Shown: one piece after another, positions 12,681-25,400 of the stretch
Numbering within the stretch: position 1 is the stretch's first letter
How the letters are laid out: every line of letters starts with the position of its first letter
DNA from: Monocercomonoides exilis PA203
Taxonomy: Eukaryota > Protista > Preaxostyla
Direction: 5' to 3'
DNA: 64,000 nt
Assembly (NCBI GenBank): GCA_001643675.2
Contig: LSRY02000050.1
Location: 372,001-436,000 of the forward strand
Made by a program: the position numbers and the translations under genes
The notes under the pieces: model-generated
Databases searched by the model: none
What the model was told of the DNA's origin: nothing
Seen by the model: only the letters and a program-made list of their open reading frames with translations

Positions 12681-14949
12681 ATAGTGATGATGGAGATATT
12701 ACTTGAAGAGCAATAAAGGAGAGAATAGAAGAGGAGAGAGAGAAGATGAATGAAGAGTGGCCTTTAAAAAATCAATCAATGAAAATGAAACATATCCATT
12801 CAACGGAGAAAGTGGCAAAGATGAAATCTGCATCAAATTGTATACTCGGATTAGCGCTTCAAGAATATTTGCTTTGTTTATTGTGGATTACTCTGCGAAC
12901 ATCAAAAGAAATAAATTTTTATTTTAGATATTTTATTACACAGAGAACAAATAAATGTGAAAAAGTTAAAAATAGAGTAGAGGAACAAGAAAGAATTATT
13001 TATTTTCGATGTTTCGCTCTCTATTTGTAATATGAAGTCTTCTTTAACATATATCAAATTATGTGAAAGAAAAAAGAAAAATCTCCCTTTTTTAGAATTT
13101 TTCAATTTTTTTGTTGATAAAGTGAAAGATAAAACAAAAAAATTTTAGCCTGGGTGACGGATAGAACAATCGATGGTTTCGTCAGTCAGCAAAATTTTTT
13201 TACGTTGGAATGTTTTTTTTTAAATCTATATTTATAAAGGCTTTAAATCAAGGATATCTTTTCATAAAATTTATTCAGCTATTTTCAACTATGACAAATG
13301 ACTTTGTTGTTGGTTCAGTTCCAAAAAATGAACAATTATTCTTATTATATTTATTCTGAGAAATATTTTTTTCTTTTCAATTATAAGCTTTCATTAAAGG
13401 AAAGTTGATTGGTTTGCATTAAAAAAAATTTGCCTATTGATAGGTTTAATGTTTTTTTCAGGATCGGAGATGGAAATGAATGAAAGTTTGATATCTCGTA
13501 ATGAAGGATAACCATCAAGTTTAGACAGCGAGTACATATGGAAAGTGCCCAGGATAAATGGATTTGGAAGTTAAATTGAAGAATCAATTGAATAAACATG
13601 AAAAAGGAAGGAATAAAAAATTGAATTGGAGGAAAACGGGTGCCTAGGGGGAAAAAGTTGGAAAATTGCTAATAAAATGTTCTGAAAGTTTGTTGTAGTT
13701 ATTTATTTTGAAGTGATCTTTCTTTTTCATTCAGAATGCAGAAAGAATGAGGGATTGGATGGCTTTGAAGAAAAAGAAGAAAAGCAGGGAAGGAAAAATA
13801 CAGATAGACAGATGAAATTCAAGATTAATAGAAGATGTCTGGCGTTGGGCAATGACAAAGAATTATTTTTGAGGAAAGATGATTTTTTGTGAAATAAGGG
13901 AAGCGAAAAATTGAAAGAAATGGAATGAAAAAAGGGATTTACATAGCTTTCCAATTTTTTGTTGGCGAGGAGGGATGATTGAACTGAAAGTGAAAGGATT
14001 CAGAGGTTTCTCCTCTGCAGATGAAAAAGGAACATAAGAAGAAAATTTCAATGAATTTCTCCGTTGGCATTAATTGGCTCTCATATTCTCAATTTTCAAC
14101 AATTAATCAACTCGTTCTATCCATTCACAATTATCATCATCTTCTTCTTCTTCAAACACATCAACAACATTTCACATTATTTCTTCTTCTTTTTCTTCTT
14201 ACACATCATTCGATAGAATGTCTTCACATTCTGCGTTAGCATCAGAGATTAAGAGAGAAATGAAAGAGAAACATAGAAATAATTCAACCGAAAGAAATTT
14301 GCATTAATTTAAATTAGAATAAGAAGAATGAAAAAAGAATAAAATAGAAAGAGAAAGAGAAAGAGAATAAAGAACGTGTTTTGAGAAGAGATTCGGAAAG
14401 GAAATAGAATAGAGAAAATGAAAGAGGATTATTTGAATGAAAGGAAGAAGATATTTGGATACGAAATTTGAGTTGAAAGCGGAATTTGAGAAATTATTAA
14501 AGGAAACAACAGAATAAAGATGAAAGAAAGATTATTGAATAATTTGAAAGATAGATTGAAAAAACAACAAGTGAGATAATATTAATTCATATAATTATGT
14601 AAATTTGATTATTTTCGTTTCTCCCAAATCAACAATTTTCAATGTAACATTTTCAATTTGCAAATGAACGTCTTTAATGTCTTGAAAGGATTTCTTTTGG
14701 AGTAATACAATTACATTCTCATATTTATTATTATTTTAAAAAAAATAGAGACAATTTTGATAATGAGATAAAAATATGTAATTGAAGATAAATATCAAAA
14801 TATATCTAGTTATTTTGAAGAGCACAACTTGAGTAATTGTTATTCTTTAACAAATTAGAATTTTAAAAAAAACAATAATGAAATTCATATGTATTTTCAA
14901 CTTTGTCTAATCCAATAATGTGTTCATCTCACAAACGCATTTGATTCCT

Positions 14950-16520
14950 TTTTGCAGAACTATTCTTTGTTGCTAGTTCATTCATCTCATTCTCACTTTG
15001 GTTTCTTTCTTCTCTTTTTTTTCATCGCTTTTTGCTGGATCTGTTTTTTAAAAGCAGCTATGCCCTATCCGATGCCAAATACACACCTCCACACAGTTCT
15101 CTTCTCTTCTCTCTCCTCACAAACAGCCTCTCCCCAATGAACGTGATGCTCATTGTCCTGTCAGGCTGTGTCATCCCTTCCACAACAGGCTTCCCCACAA
15201 TCAGCTCTCGCTCGGCACACAGCTCCACCAGCGCCCCCGTCACCGTCATCGTCACCAGATAGTCCTGCCAGCTCCCATGTGCACTCTCGTTAATCAGCTT
15301 CAATAACTTCAAATGTGGAGATTCCTCATCTTGAATCTGTCCTCTCCTTCTCCCTCTCCTTCTTTCTCCTCTTCCACTTCCCCTTGTTTAATTTCTTCTT
15401 CTTCCTCTTTTTCATCTTCTTCATCTCACAAACCTTTTTCTTCTTCTCCTTCTCCTTCTCCTTCTCTTCTTTCTCCAAATCTATCGAACTTCCCTCTCTC
15501 CCTGACTCCTCATTCATCCCCAAACCATTCGCAGACATTTCCACCTGTTCCACATCTTTTCCCACTTCCGCTGTACTTCCATCTGAAGTCATGCCCAAAG
15601 ATCCATCTGCTGCTTCTTCTTCTGCTCTCCTGTTCTCCTGTTCTCCTGTTGGATACCATCGGATGGAGAAGAACTGCACACTTCATGTTTCATTGGATGC
15701 TGCTTGTCTGAATCCGCCTCAGTCCCCGCCTTCACAAACCTCAGCCTACTCAGCCCAAACGCCTCCACAACCAGCGGCGCAATAGCTTCTTCCAGCTTCC
15801 CCTGGTTCTCTTTGATTCTCTCCACAAAATCTCTGTGAGCTGTCCGATACCCTCCTTTCTCCTCAGTCCCATCACCTCCCTCTGCCCCTTCCCTTTCTCC
15901 TTCCTCTGCCTCTTCGCGCTCCTCCAGCTCTGCCAGCGAAATCGCTGCTGGTGACAGAACCCACGTCTTCCATCCTCAGCCCATCTTCCTCCAGCGCCTT
16001 CTCCACAATCTCCTCCACTTCACATACTGCAACACCTCACCCCATCACTTCATCGTCCAGCTTCACCACCACACGCCTCGACTGTTGTGATCTCCATATC
16101 TGCATTGAATGGTTAAACAGATCGTAGATCGACGTTAATTCATTCACATCCGCCTCCGCAAAGATCCGCTTGCTTTCCGACTTCGTCCCCACAGGCTCTG
16201 CAAGAATAGGAAGTGGAACCACTCTCAAAACTGATAGCATAGCCGAAAGCGCCACATCGTACGCACACATAACACACCCACACAGCACCGCAGCACCGCC
16301 ACAACATATCCCTCGACGCGTCTGTTGCTCCCTCAGTTTCGACTTCTCGTGATTTTCATTCACTTCAGCAGCCTCTTGATGGAACAATCTTTTATCTCCT
16401 CAAATTTTCATTCATCTCAACGACAGATGTGTCGAAAGAGGCAACCGCGGTTGCTTCTGTCGAACTGATTTCAGGAATAATGGAAAATTATTTTGACAAA
16501 TGGAAAGGCTCATCCCTCAA
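14950..16520 (-). pseudogene. Family B unknown-protein fragment inside the hAT element
   Basis: DLFNHSMQIWRSQQSRRVVVKLDDEVM and ERIKENQGKLEEAIAPLVVEAFGLSRLRFVK closely match 33430-33900; the VVK.DDEVM block also matches ~54500. Frameshifts present. Confidence 0.8.
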
Positions 16521-17139
16521 ATCAGTCGAATCGTCTTATATTTTCTGCATTTGCAAGGAAAATACAAAACCAAAACTGATCAAAAAAACAGCTGATGATA
16601 AGTTGCATGAGGATAAAAGAAAAGAAAAGATAGACAAAAATGCAGAAAATGATTGGAAGAAATTGAATCTTTCGAAGAAATTCTTTGACTACTTAGAAGA
16701 TTCGAAGAATGTTATTTAAAGCCGAAAATAATCAACGTCCCTTGAGAAGCCTTAGAAAAAATGATAATTTTTAAAAACAAAGAACTTTTCATTTTGACTT
16801 TTAAGAAAATTTTTCAATCGAATGTTGTTATTGCAATCAATGACCTGTTTGTTTGATGAAGGAAGAAGAAATGAATAAAGATTTCAAAGAACGAAGGTCA
16901 ATAAAGCAAGAAGAAAAAATTCTCTGTGAAAAAATAAAACATTCTTGAACATTTTCAAATAATTGTCGATATTCTGATTTTTTGCCTATTCACTATTTAA
17001 TTAATTAAAAGCCAGGAGAGAATGAATGTTCTATGTTCTTATTCATTAAAAATAAATCAAAAGAGAAATAAACTTTGTTTTCTTTATTCATTTCAGATAA
17101 ACAAAAATTGCGAATATGAATGCATGAAAAAGTTGATTG

Positions 17140-20118
17140 TCAAAAAAAGAAACAAACTTGTAGAAGTGCTTCCAACGAATGCATGCTTAAAGAATATCTC
17201 TTTTCTCCAATTATGTTTTTAATTTTTGAAATGGCTCTTTCGCAGCAAGCTTCGCTGCAAGATGAAGTTATAAGCGCAAGACAAAGCCCAGAATAGACGG
17301 TTTGCAGATCTCCATATGAAGAAAAAGCGTTATAAAATATTTCTGCATCTTCCTCAACGACTTCAGATGAGCTGCTTTTCATGAATCGTTGAAATAACAT
17401 ACCGCAGCCTTCTATTATTCTTTTGTCTAAATTTCCAATGGTCTTATTGCAGTATTTAATAAATGCTGATGACAATCGAGGAAACCACTCCGTAAATATC
17501 ATGCTTTCAATCATCTGATTAGACTCTCTCTCTCTTTAAAACACGAATCTTCCACAATTATTTATTTCTTTTTTGTCGAAAAAAGAATTTCCAAATCATC
17601 TTTTTAATTTTCACTGTTGCTGCTGTCAGAAAAGTCATCGTGATCATCTTCATTCATGCATCCATTCTATTCTGTGTCTTCATCCATGTCCATTGAGTTC
17701 TGTTTTCGTTCTTTTTTTGTTTGAGAATTAGTTGAAATTGCTTCATCAATCATTGTGTAATTATCCGAAGAAGAAGAGTGATATGGAGATGAAGATGAAT
17801 ACGATGAATAGAAAGAAAAGTGAGAAGATCTTAATTGTTGAACTTCCGAAAGTTGATGGTTGCTGTGGGGAAATAATTCAAACAAATCGTTCACTGCTTT
17901 GTCTTCAGCCTCTTGCAAACCGAACTCGTCTTCCTATTCATACTCTAATTCTGTCTCTAACATTTGGGCTTTTTGAACCTCTTCAGAAGAATCCTTTGCT
18001 TCTGTGAAATTAATCAAATCATTTATTGTTTGTTTGAATTCATCAGAAAATTATCGTTCGTTTCTCAATAAATATTTTGTTGTTCGTTCAGAGAATATAT
18101 TCGAGACAGTCATTACCACATTTTTTTTGAATATTTATCATCACTGAAATTTTGAATGTCATGAATTTGTTCTTCACCACACAAAATTGATTTATCCTTT
18201 GGAAATTCGAAAAATTCAGACATAGCAAAAAATGTTGAATAATGACACCGCAACAACGAATCAGTAGAATTGTCAAAAGAATGAGTTATAAACTGATGTT
18301 CGTGAATGATCTGAATTTCTTTTGATGCTTTATTTGCTGATTGAATAGCTGAAGAAAATCAATCGAAAAATCTTGAATAATTGATGAATTCATTCGAAAA
18401 CCATTGTGTTCTGTATAATTCCATGCCAATTGGAGTCACAGCGAACGATAAAGAAATGAATTCACCTAGAGAGCCAATAAAAAATAATTATGTATTTGGA
18501 TAAGAAAATTAGAAATTGCATTATTCCATTTCTCTTCAGAAAATAATGGATGCCTTGTCATTCCAATGAAAATTCCAATAATTCGTTGAATAAACTGGAA
18601 AACGTGACAAAGTTTTGTTTTATTGCTTTCCAAATGAAGATGAAACTTAACCAAAGGAAGAAGAAAAAGTTCAGCTTTTATGATGTCAATTAAGTCTTCT
18701 TTAGAAATCCATTTTTCTTTCTCAATAATTAAGCGCTTTTTTCGAATAAAGGAACATCAATTGAACAAACTGTCCCACCTTGTGACAATGAACGAAGGAG
18801 CAGTTTTTTTCAATAACAGTCTGATAAAATTACTATGGGCTAATTGAGCAAATAGCAATAATTTCTTTTTGATTTCAAGATAAAAAGGCACTTTGCTGAA
18901 ACATGAACTTATTTCAAGATTAGTGAAATGGCTGCAACAATTGATGTGAACAGGTTTTGTAACAAAAGGATGTTCGACAAGTGTGCTCTCTTCAGAATGA
19001 GCGTTTGATAATTTTTCTATTGACTTTTTTTGTGCAGAAAACCCATCTGCACAAAAACTTCTTATTGTCACATTAAACGACTGGAATTCTGAGATGATAT
19101 TTTTCACAATATGAGAGTATTCATCAGTTGAATAACAACAAGGATATAGGCCCCAGAAAAATGGAGATGATTGTAATGAAATAGAAGCAACAGAATCAAC
19201 AGTGGACGAAACATTTCCAGCTTATCCACCGTCCAATAAAACGCAAACGCTTTTAATTGTCATTGATTTGATTCTTTCAAACTTTGTTGGTGTTTTGTTT
19301 TTCAAAACCATCTGAGAAACATTTTTTCTTGAAAGAAATGGGAAAATTGAAGTTTGTGATAAAGATGAATTTTATTGACTGATTCGTATTAATGAAGATA
19401 AAAATGTGTTCATTTCATCTGACGATGCTAATGAAAATGAAACGTCGCATTTGCAAATCATTTTGGCAAATAGATCTTCAAGCTCACTTGTAATTGTTGC
19501 TTTTTCTTAATTTGATTTTTCCATTTCGCTGTGAATTGCAAGTTGTTGTTGCCGCTTTAATAATGTTGATATTTGCTGATGTTTAAATAACTGACAATAA
19601 TATTTGATGATATGTGGATATGATTTTCTTCCTGATACGCCACAAAGGAAAACCGTCTTTTGTATTTGGGCAAATGAAAATCCTGTGATAATCATTCTTT
19701 GCATCTCCATGTTCGTCAACTTTTGAGTGAGAAATCCATAAATTGTTATTCACAATTTCAAAGGATATTTTTGATAAATATTCGTCATTTTTTTTGGGAT
19801 GCTTAAACACTCAAAATTAACGAAATTAAAAAATGATTAAAAATTGGTCAAACACAAAACAAAACCTGGACAGGATTTTGAGTTTCCACATTTAACGAGT
19901 TTTACTAATTGACAATGTGCTTTTTTCGACTCTTCCATCTTTTTTTCGAAAGCATTTGCCTTCAGAAAAAAAATTCAACTTTCAAAGTGATTCGAAAAAG
20001 AATACCAAACGATGAAAATATTTGAAAGGCTATTTTTCAATCCTTCTTCAAGTGAAATTCGTTCTTCACCCATAGTGCTTTCTTCCAAGGCGCCGCCGGT
20101 CACTGACATCATTGACAT
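17140..20118 (-). pseudogene. hAT transposase pseudogene, probably with 5' introns
   Basis: FCADG, HINCCSHFTNL (CxxH), IVTRWDSLF (TRWNS-like) and C-terminal dimerisation motif SSCSEACCERAISK...KRYSLS. Candidate ATG at 20118; many stops and frameshifts. Confidence 0.9.
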
Positions 20119-21268
20119 TTTTTTTGATCAAAATAATCCATCCCCGTCAGTGCCGTCAGTTCCCCATTATTAATAAAGTTTTTAATTTCAATTAAAAAAC
20201 TTTTTTCAAAATTTGTTAATTTTCAAGAAATAAATATAAATGGAAAATTGCCACCATTCTAATGTGCAATTATTCAATATAAAAAAATCACATTATGAAA
20301 TGACGTGATTTTTTTCCATTGCGTCAGTTAAAATTTCGCTTGTTTCCAAGTCAAAGTCAGTCAGTCACCCAGGCATAAAAAAATACAATAATTTGTGTTC
20401 ATTGCTTTTTCATAAATTTTTTATTTAAGTGTATCACACTTTATTCATGTGTCACTTCAACCATTAAAAATAACGTGACTTTATTTAAGGAAAACTCAGT
20501 TCATTCAAAATTGTTGAATCTATTCAAATAGAAAAATTCTATTCACAATTCATTCGACAAAATGAATAATTGTTTTGTGAAAAGATCTAAAAAAAAATAA
20601 TATAATAAGTCACTGGAAGTCACTTTTGTCGCTGACATCACCTCAAGCTTGTGATTTGAAAAAGTGAGAAATATAGCCAGAAAATCAAATTAACTTGTTG
20701 ATCTGTTGAAGTTTTTCTGATTTTATCTTTTGGATATTGAAACCATAATTTATCATATAAAATTCGTAATTCCTTCATTTTTCATGAGAGAATCGAACTT
20801 AAATCGTTATAATCATTAAAGCAACTCTGCCAATCATTCGAGGGAGTTGAACAAGCTTTTATGAAATGGCTAATTTTTTTTGCAAACTTCATTCTGTTTT
20901 GTTTTCAAAAAAAAATAAAAAATTCATATTTTGATCATATTTCTTTTCCCATTCACGAAACAACACTCAAATGGAAATAATAACATTATCATGCATTTGT
21001 TTTAATGACAGCAAAATTAGGAAAGAGTGAAAAAAATTTTGATCGAAATATGAAATATTTATTTAACTTGAAAATCAAACAATTTTAAGGAAATATCATG
21101 GATTCGTTCAAATTGATTTGAAAAAATAGTTTGTTCAAAACATATGAATTAAAGATATTTGAAGTTCTTTTTTGTTCGTTTTTTTAAAAAGTGTTAGGGT
21201 TTAAATCAAAAAATCACATTTTTTCACATCAAAAACGTGTGCTTCAAAGATTGTGTTTGATGAAATGT

Positions 21269-22743
21269 GGTTATTGCACAATATACAACCGTTTGAAATT
21301 CTGTTTTATATAACAACAACATGAAACATAATTTAATTCTCGTACAATATTTTAAACAGATTCCTTGCGGAAACATGAATATTTCGAATTTAAAAAAAGA
21401 TCAATATCCCATCTGTACGTTAAAAAATTATAATTTTTGTTGTCAAGGATTTGTCATCACACGAATTATGCGAATAAATAATGATAAGAGAAAGAAATTG
21501 TTTTTCGTTTATTCTGACTTATATTCAGAATGTTCATCCCAGTCTCTTTCTTCCAAAGAATCATCAGAAGTTGCTTCATCTTCAGAAAGCATTTCAGGAA
21601 CGTTTTCTTCATCATCTTCTCCTTCATTATTTTCCTCCTCTTCTTCAAAAAAATTTTGGTTTGTATCTGCAAATTGCTTTGATAGTTTCCACAAATGATT
21701 GCTCTCTTTTGTTGCTAAAACAAATGAGGAAATGAAATCGTCAATAAAATTTTCCCTAATATTATTTTGTGGCATTTCCCTACGAAACTTACTCCAAATG
21801 CCTTCAATCATATTCGTTCAAATTTTGCTTTCTGGATTAATAAAGTGATTCTTGTGACAAACAGTTTTATGTGTACACCTGTCTCTTCCAGATTGGTGAA
21901 TGCTATCCATAAGTCGTCATGAATTGTCTTTTCAGGCAAAAGTTTGTCTGAAATGATAGGAATAAGTGTGTTTCGTTTTCTATTTGGAACACAAATAATG
22001 AAATAATTCACTTGTTTTTCTTCAACATTTCTCTGAACTGCACAAAATAACCAAATTTGCTTTTTCACACGAACTTTGTGAAATTACATTATATGGAAAA
22101 TCATCTAGTCTATTTCAACGATAAAATTCAGACCAACAAGTTGTTCAAATTAATTTTCTGCTATTTTGGACATGGAAGCTGTAGCAAAAGAAAATAAAAA
22201 CCTACAGTATTTCTGTGAATTCCAAGAAGAAGAGAGGTTTGTGTAATTGATAATTTAATCCATTTATTTGTCAAGATGTGCATGATTTTGTTTAATCCCA
22301 CTTTTTTGATTTTCAATGGATAAACCTGATAGTTAACTTATTGTATTGTTTCATCGGAAACATCTCCATTATCTTGAGTTAAGATTTCTTTTTAATAAAG
22401 ACATTTTTCTTCTGCATTGTCTGCACTCTTTGTATCTTGCATCCAAAACATCCCTTTGAAACGAATCCCATGCATCATCAGCGCTGTGGAACATCTTGTT
22501 CAGATGATGTATTTTCATTTCATGATCTTCCATTTCCATTGAAAACAATTGCAATTTTGAAAATGTGTTGATCAAAAAATTTGTTCATTCTTTCGAAAAA
22601 TATTTATATTTGCTGATTTCATTTTTGTTTATTAATGAGTTTCCGCATTGATTTTCACGTTTTTAATAGTGTGTGTGTTTATATTATTTCTCAATAAACC
22701 TTTTCTTGAAATATCCAATCCGGTCGTATATTGTGCAATTACC
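21269..22743 (-). mobile_element. Merlin (IS1016/ISXO2-like) DNA transposon, 1475 bp, with TIRs
   Basis: Left GGTTATTGCACAATATACAACCG vs right (reverse complement) GGTAATTGCACAATATACGACCG, 21/23 identical, GG termini. Encloses a Merlin transposase. No TSD visible. Confidence 0.88.
21509..22539 (-). pseudogene. Merlin/IS1595-type DDE transposase pseudogene
   Basis: N-terminal CRQC, IVEID*, IWLFCAVQR, VPNRKRNTLIPII, TIHDDLW, MIEGIWSKFRR and an acidic tail; frameshifts and stops. Confidence 0.88.
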
Positions 22744-23246
22744 AAGTTTTTGAATTAAATCAAAAAAAATATTCAATTCTTATCATTTATTGATTTCAAT
22801 AAAAAATTTTAAAAATTAATAAGATCATTACTATAAATTTTTATACATTTGGATTCATGCATTAACAAAACATGAGTGACAAAAACGAAATATTCACCCC
22901 AAACTGGTTTCATAATATAATATTCATATTATTTATAAGAGAAAATTCGAAAAAAAAAAGCGAGTTTTTGAATGTCAATTAAAGTTGTGATTTTCACACA
23001 ATGACTCAATCTTTTGATGCAATCTCCGTATCCATCTTTTTCCATTTTTTCAATAATCTTTCTTTTCATTTCTTTTCGTAATGAATCATCCTCCCTCTTA
23101 TCCAATTAATTTGTTGTTTCTTCATTACACTTCGAAGCTTTTAAAATCTGTCTTTTCAGCAAAATAACTCATTTGTTTTCTTTTTTGCGAAATGATAAAA
23201 AAATAGAAAATTGAAAACAAAGAGTTACAAAATTCAATGTATTTCC

Positions 23247-24671
23247 TCAAACATTCACAAGATAATCTGAAATATTCAACGATAAATCGCTATAATATTT
23301 TTTATTGAGAAATTCAAATACTTCGTGAAAGCTGGTGATGGTATCTTCGTATCCTTTTTCCTCCATCTTTTCAAAAATCTTCCTTTTCGTTGCCTTTCTT
23401 TTCATTTCATCATTTTCACTTTTCTCCTTTCCTTTTAATCGATATGAAACATTCACAAGAAATTGCAAGCCATCATTCATAATATCTTTATTCAACGTTG
23501 GCCGCTGCATCCCCTCCAAAATAGCATAAACTGCTCCTCCTTTCAATAAATCTTCAACTTTCACAACTCTCCTTTTTGCTGCATTTCTCAAGGGATAAAT
23601 GCATAGATCGTTTATAACGCTGAAATTATCCTTCGCTGCTAGAAATACTTGAACAATGCTTCCTATCAGTTCAACATATTCTTCATTCTGCAAATAACAC
23701 CCGACAAAATAAATGTTCGATGTTTGCAGCCATCTCATCAATGTAATCTCTTCTTTCGCTTCTTCTTTGTTCATTTCCTCTCCTTCTTTCTTCTTCCAGT
23801 CAATGCATCTTGCCAGCTCTTCCAATTCTCTTGCTGCTTCTCTTCCAAAATGCAGCTCATTTGAAACTGTATATTCCAAGCTGCCATAATTGAAAAATCT
23901 GTTTATTAAAAATTTCCAAGCAGACTGATATGCAAGTTTTGTAAGATTGTTGTGTTCCTGATGATGTTCGATGATTTCTGTAATTTTCTTCAAATACAGT
24001 TCTTGTTCGATAAACTAATCAGAAATAAGAAGGGAAAAAAGAAAACATAATAAAAATTAAAAAGAAGTGCTCATACACTATATCCCTTTTCGCTCAAAGT
24101 TAGCAAAGCCATTTCCTTTTCTTTTCGAGTCTCCTCGCTTTCCTCTTTGACAGATGCAACTTTCAGGAGGCAAGGCACGCAAGTTGAAATCAACTCTGAA
24201 GAAGCACACCCGTTCAGCAAAAGATAGCATTCGCAAAGATCAATCAAAAGCTTTTCATTCTTTTTTTCTTTTTTCTTATCTTCCTCAACAATCATCTTTT
24301 CAAATCTTTCGTTCAATATTGAATATTCAAAGCATCTATTCCAGACATTCTTCAGTACTTTGCAATATCCAATATGCTTCAATATCCTAGTTGCATTTTC
24401 CATTGACATTTTCTTTTTTTCAATCATTGCAAGAATTTCATTAAACAGCTCTGATGTTAAAATGGATCTGAATTCTTCCTTATTCATTCCATCAATTATT
24501 TCATTCATTTCTTCGATTTTCTTTCTCTGCTCATCTTCATTGCAATCTTCCAATCCAGAAAACAATTCTTCAAATAAATAAATAAGAAAGAAAGAAATAC
24601 AATAAGCCAGAGTTCAAATGCAACAGCAATTGCACACTGTTGAACTTTTTTGTGTTGTTCGTTTCCTATAT
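23247..24671 (-). pseudogene. Family A alpha-helical (HEAT/ARM-like) gene copy A1, damaged start
   Basis: Exons 24671-24638, 24567-24077, 24014-23247; GT-AG introns of 70 and 62 nt. ATA TAG stands where A2 and A4 have ATG CAG; exons 2-3 are still open. Confidence 0.85.
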
Positions 24672-24787
24672 ACAGATTTTTTTTTAAAAAAAAATTGTTC
24701 AAGAAAACAACGTCATTTTGATATTCACAATGAAAGTTCATTTGATTGGATTGAAGAAAACAGATGAAAAATTAAACCTCACAAAAG

Positions 24788-25400
24788 ATGAAAGAAATAT
24801 ATGCATTCAAACCGTTCCATCAAGCGTTGACATTTTCGATTTGTAACTTCAAAGAAAAAGAACGCTTTGTTTTTTCTGTTTGTTGTTATGGATGTTTTGA
24901 TCAAAGTTTTATTTCAAAAGGAATACAGATTAACAAAACGAGAGTTCAATTAATGAATATTTCCCAAATAATTAGAAGAATTATTTCCAATGATGGCAGC
25001 TGGAACCGATAGAAATGTAATTATCCTGAAATTCCATCTTATGAATTATTGAGATTCGCTGTCCAAAGGAAATATTACGATTTTCATTTTGAAAGGAAAT
25101 ACATGAATGAATGTATTTTGTATTGTTCTATATATTGTGAAGATATTTCCATCTGTATCCTTTCCAAAGTGCAGGAATATGAGTTATTGTTGAAATGGCC
25201 TATTTCCTCTTTGAAGAGCAATGAGATGAGAATAGAGCCGATTATTATATAGCAATTGGGAAACAAATGAAGTTACGCAAGATACATGATTTTTATTTAG
25301 GACAAGAGATGAAAACAAATTCAACTGATGTTTTGTTGAATGAAGACAGAAGAGGATGGAATTCTGTGAAGGATAAAATCTGCATAAAATAAGATGGAAT
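24788..25400 (+). pseudogene. Family P decayed partner, divergent from A1
   Basis: tttctgtttgttgttatggatgttttgatca resembles the block upstream of A2/A4; intron-like 3' end TGTGAAG at 25142. Boundaries approximate. Confidence 0.45.

Larger units (their letters stand above)
13148..20374 (-). mobile_element. hAT-superfamily DNA transposon, ~7.2 kb, with TIRs
   Basis: GCCTGGGTGAC at 13148 and its reverse complement GTCACCCAGGC ending at 20374 (11 bp perfect, 13/15 extended). GTCAG(T) motifs repeated near both ends (~13181, ~20146, ~20155, ~20324, ~20356). Encloses a hAT transposase. No perfect 8-bp TSD. Confidence 0.75.

Noticed and set aside
13148-13158. Resemblance of the hAT TIR to the 5S sequence GGGTGACCGCCTGG
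   Set aside because: Short permuted match that is plausibly chance; no other 5S similarity.
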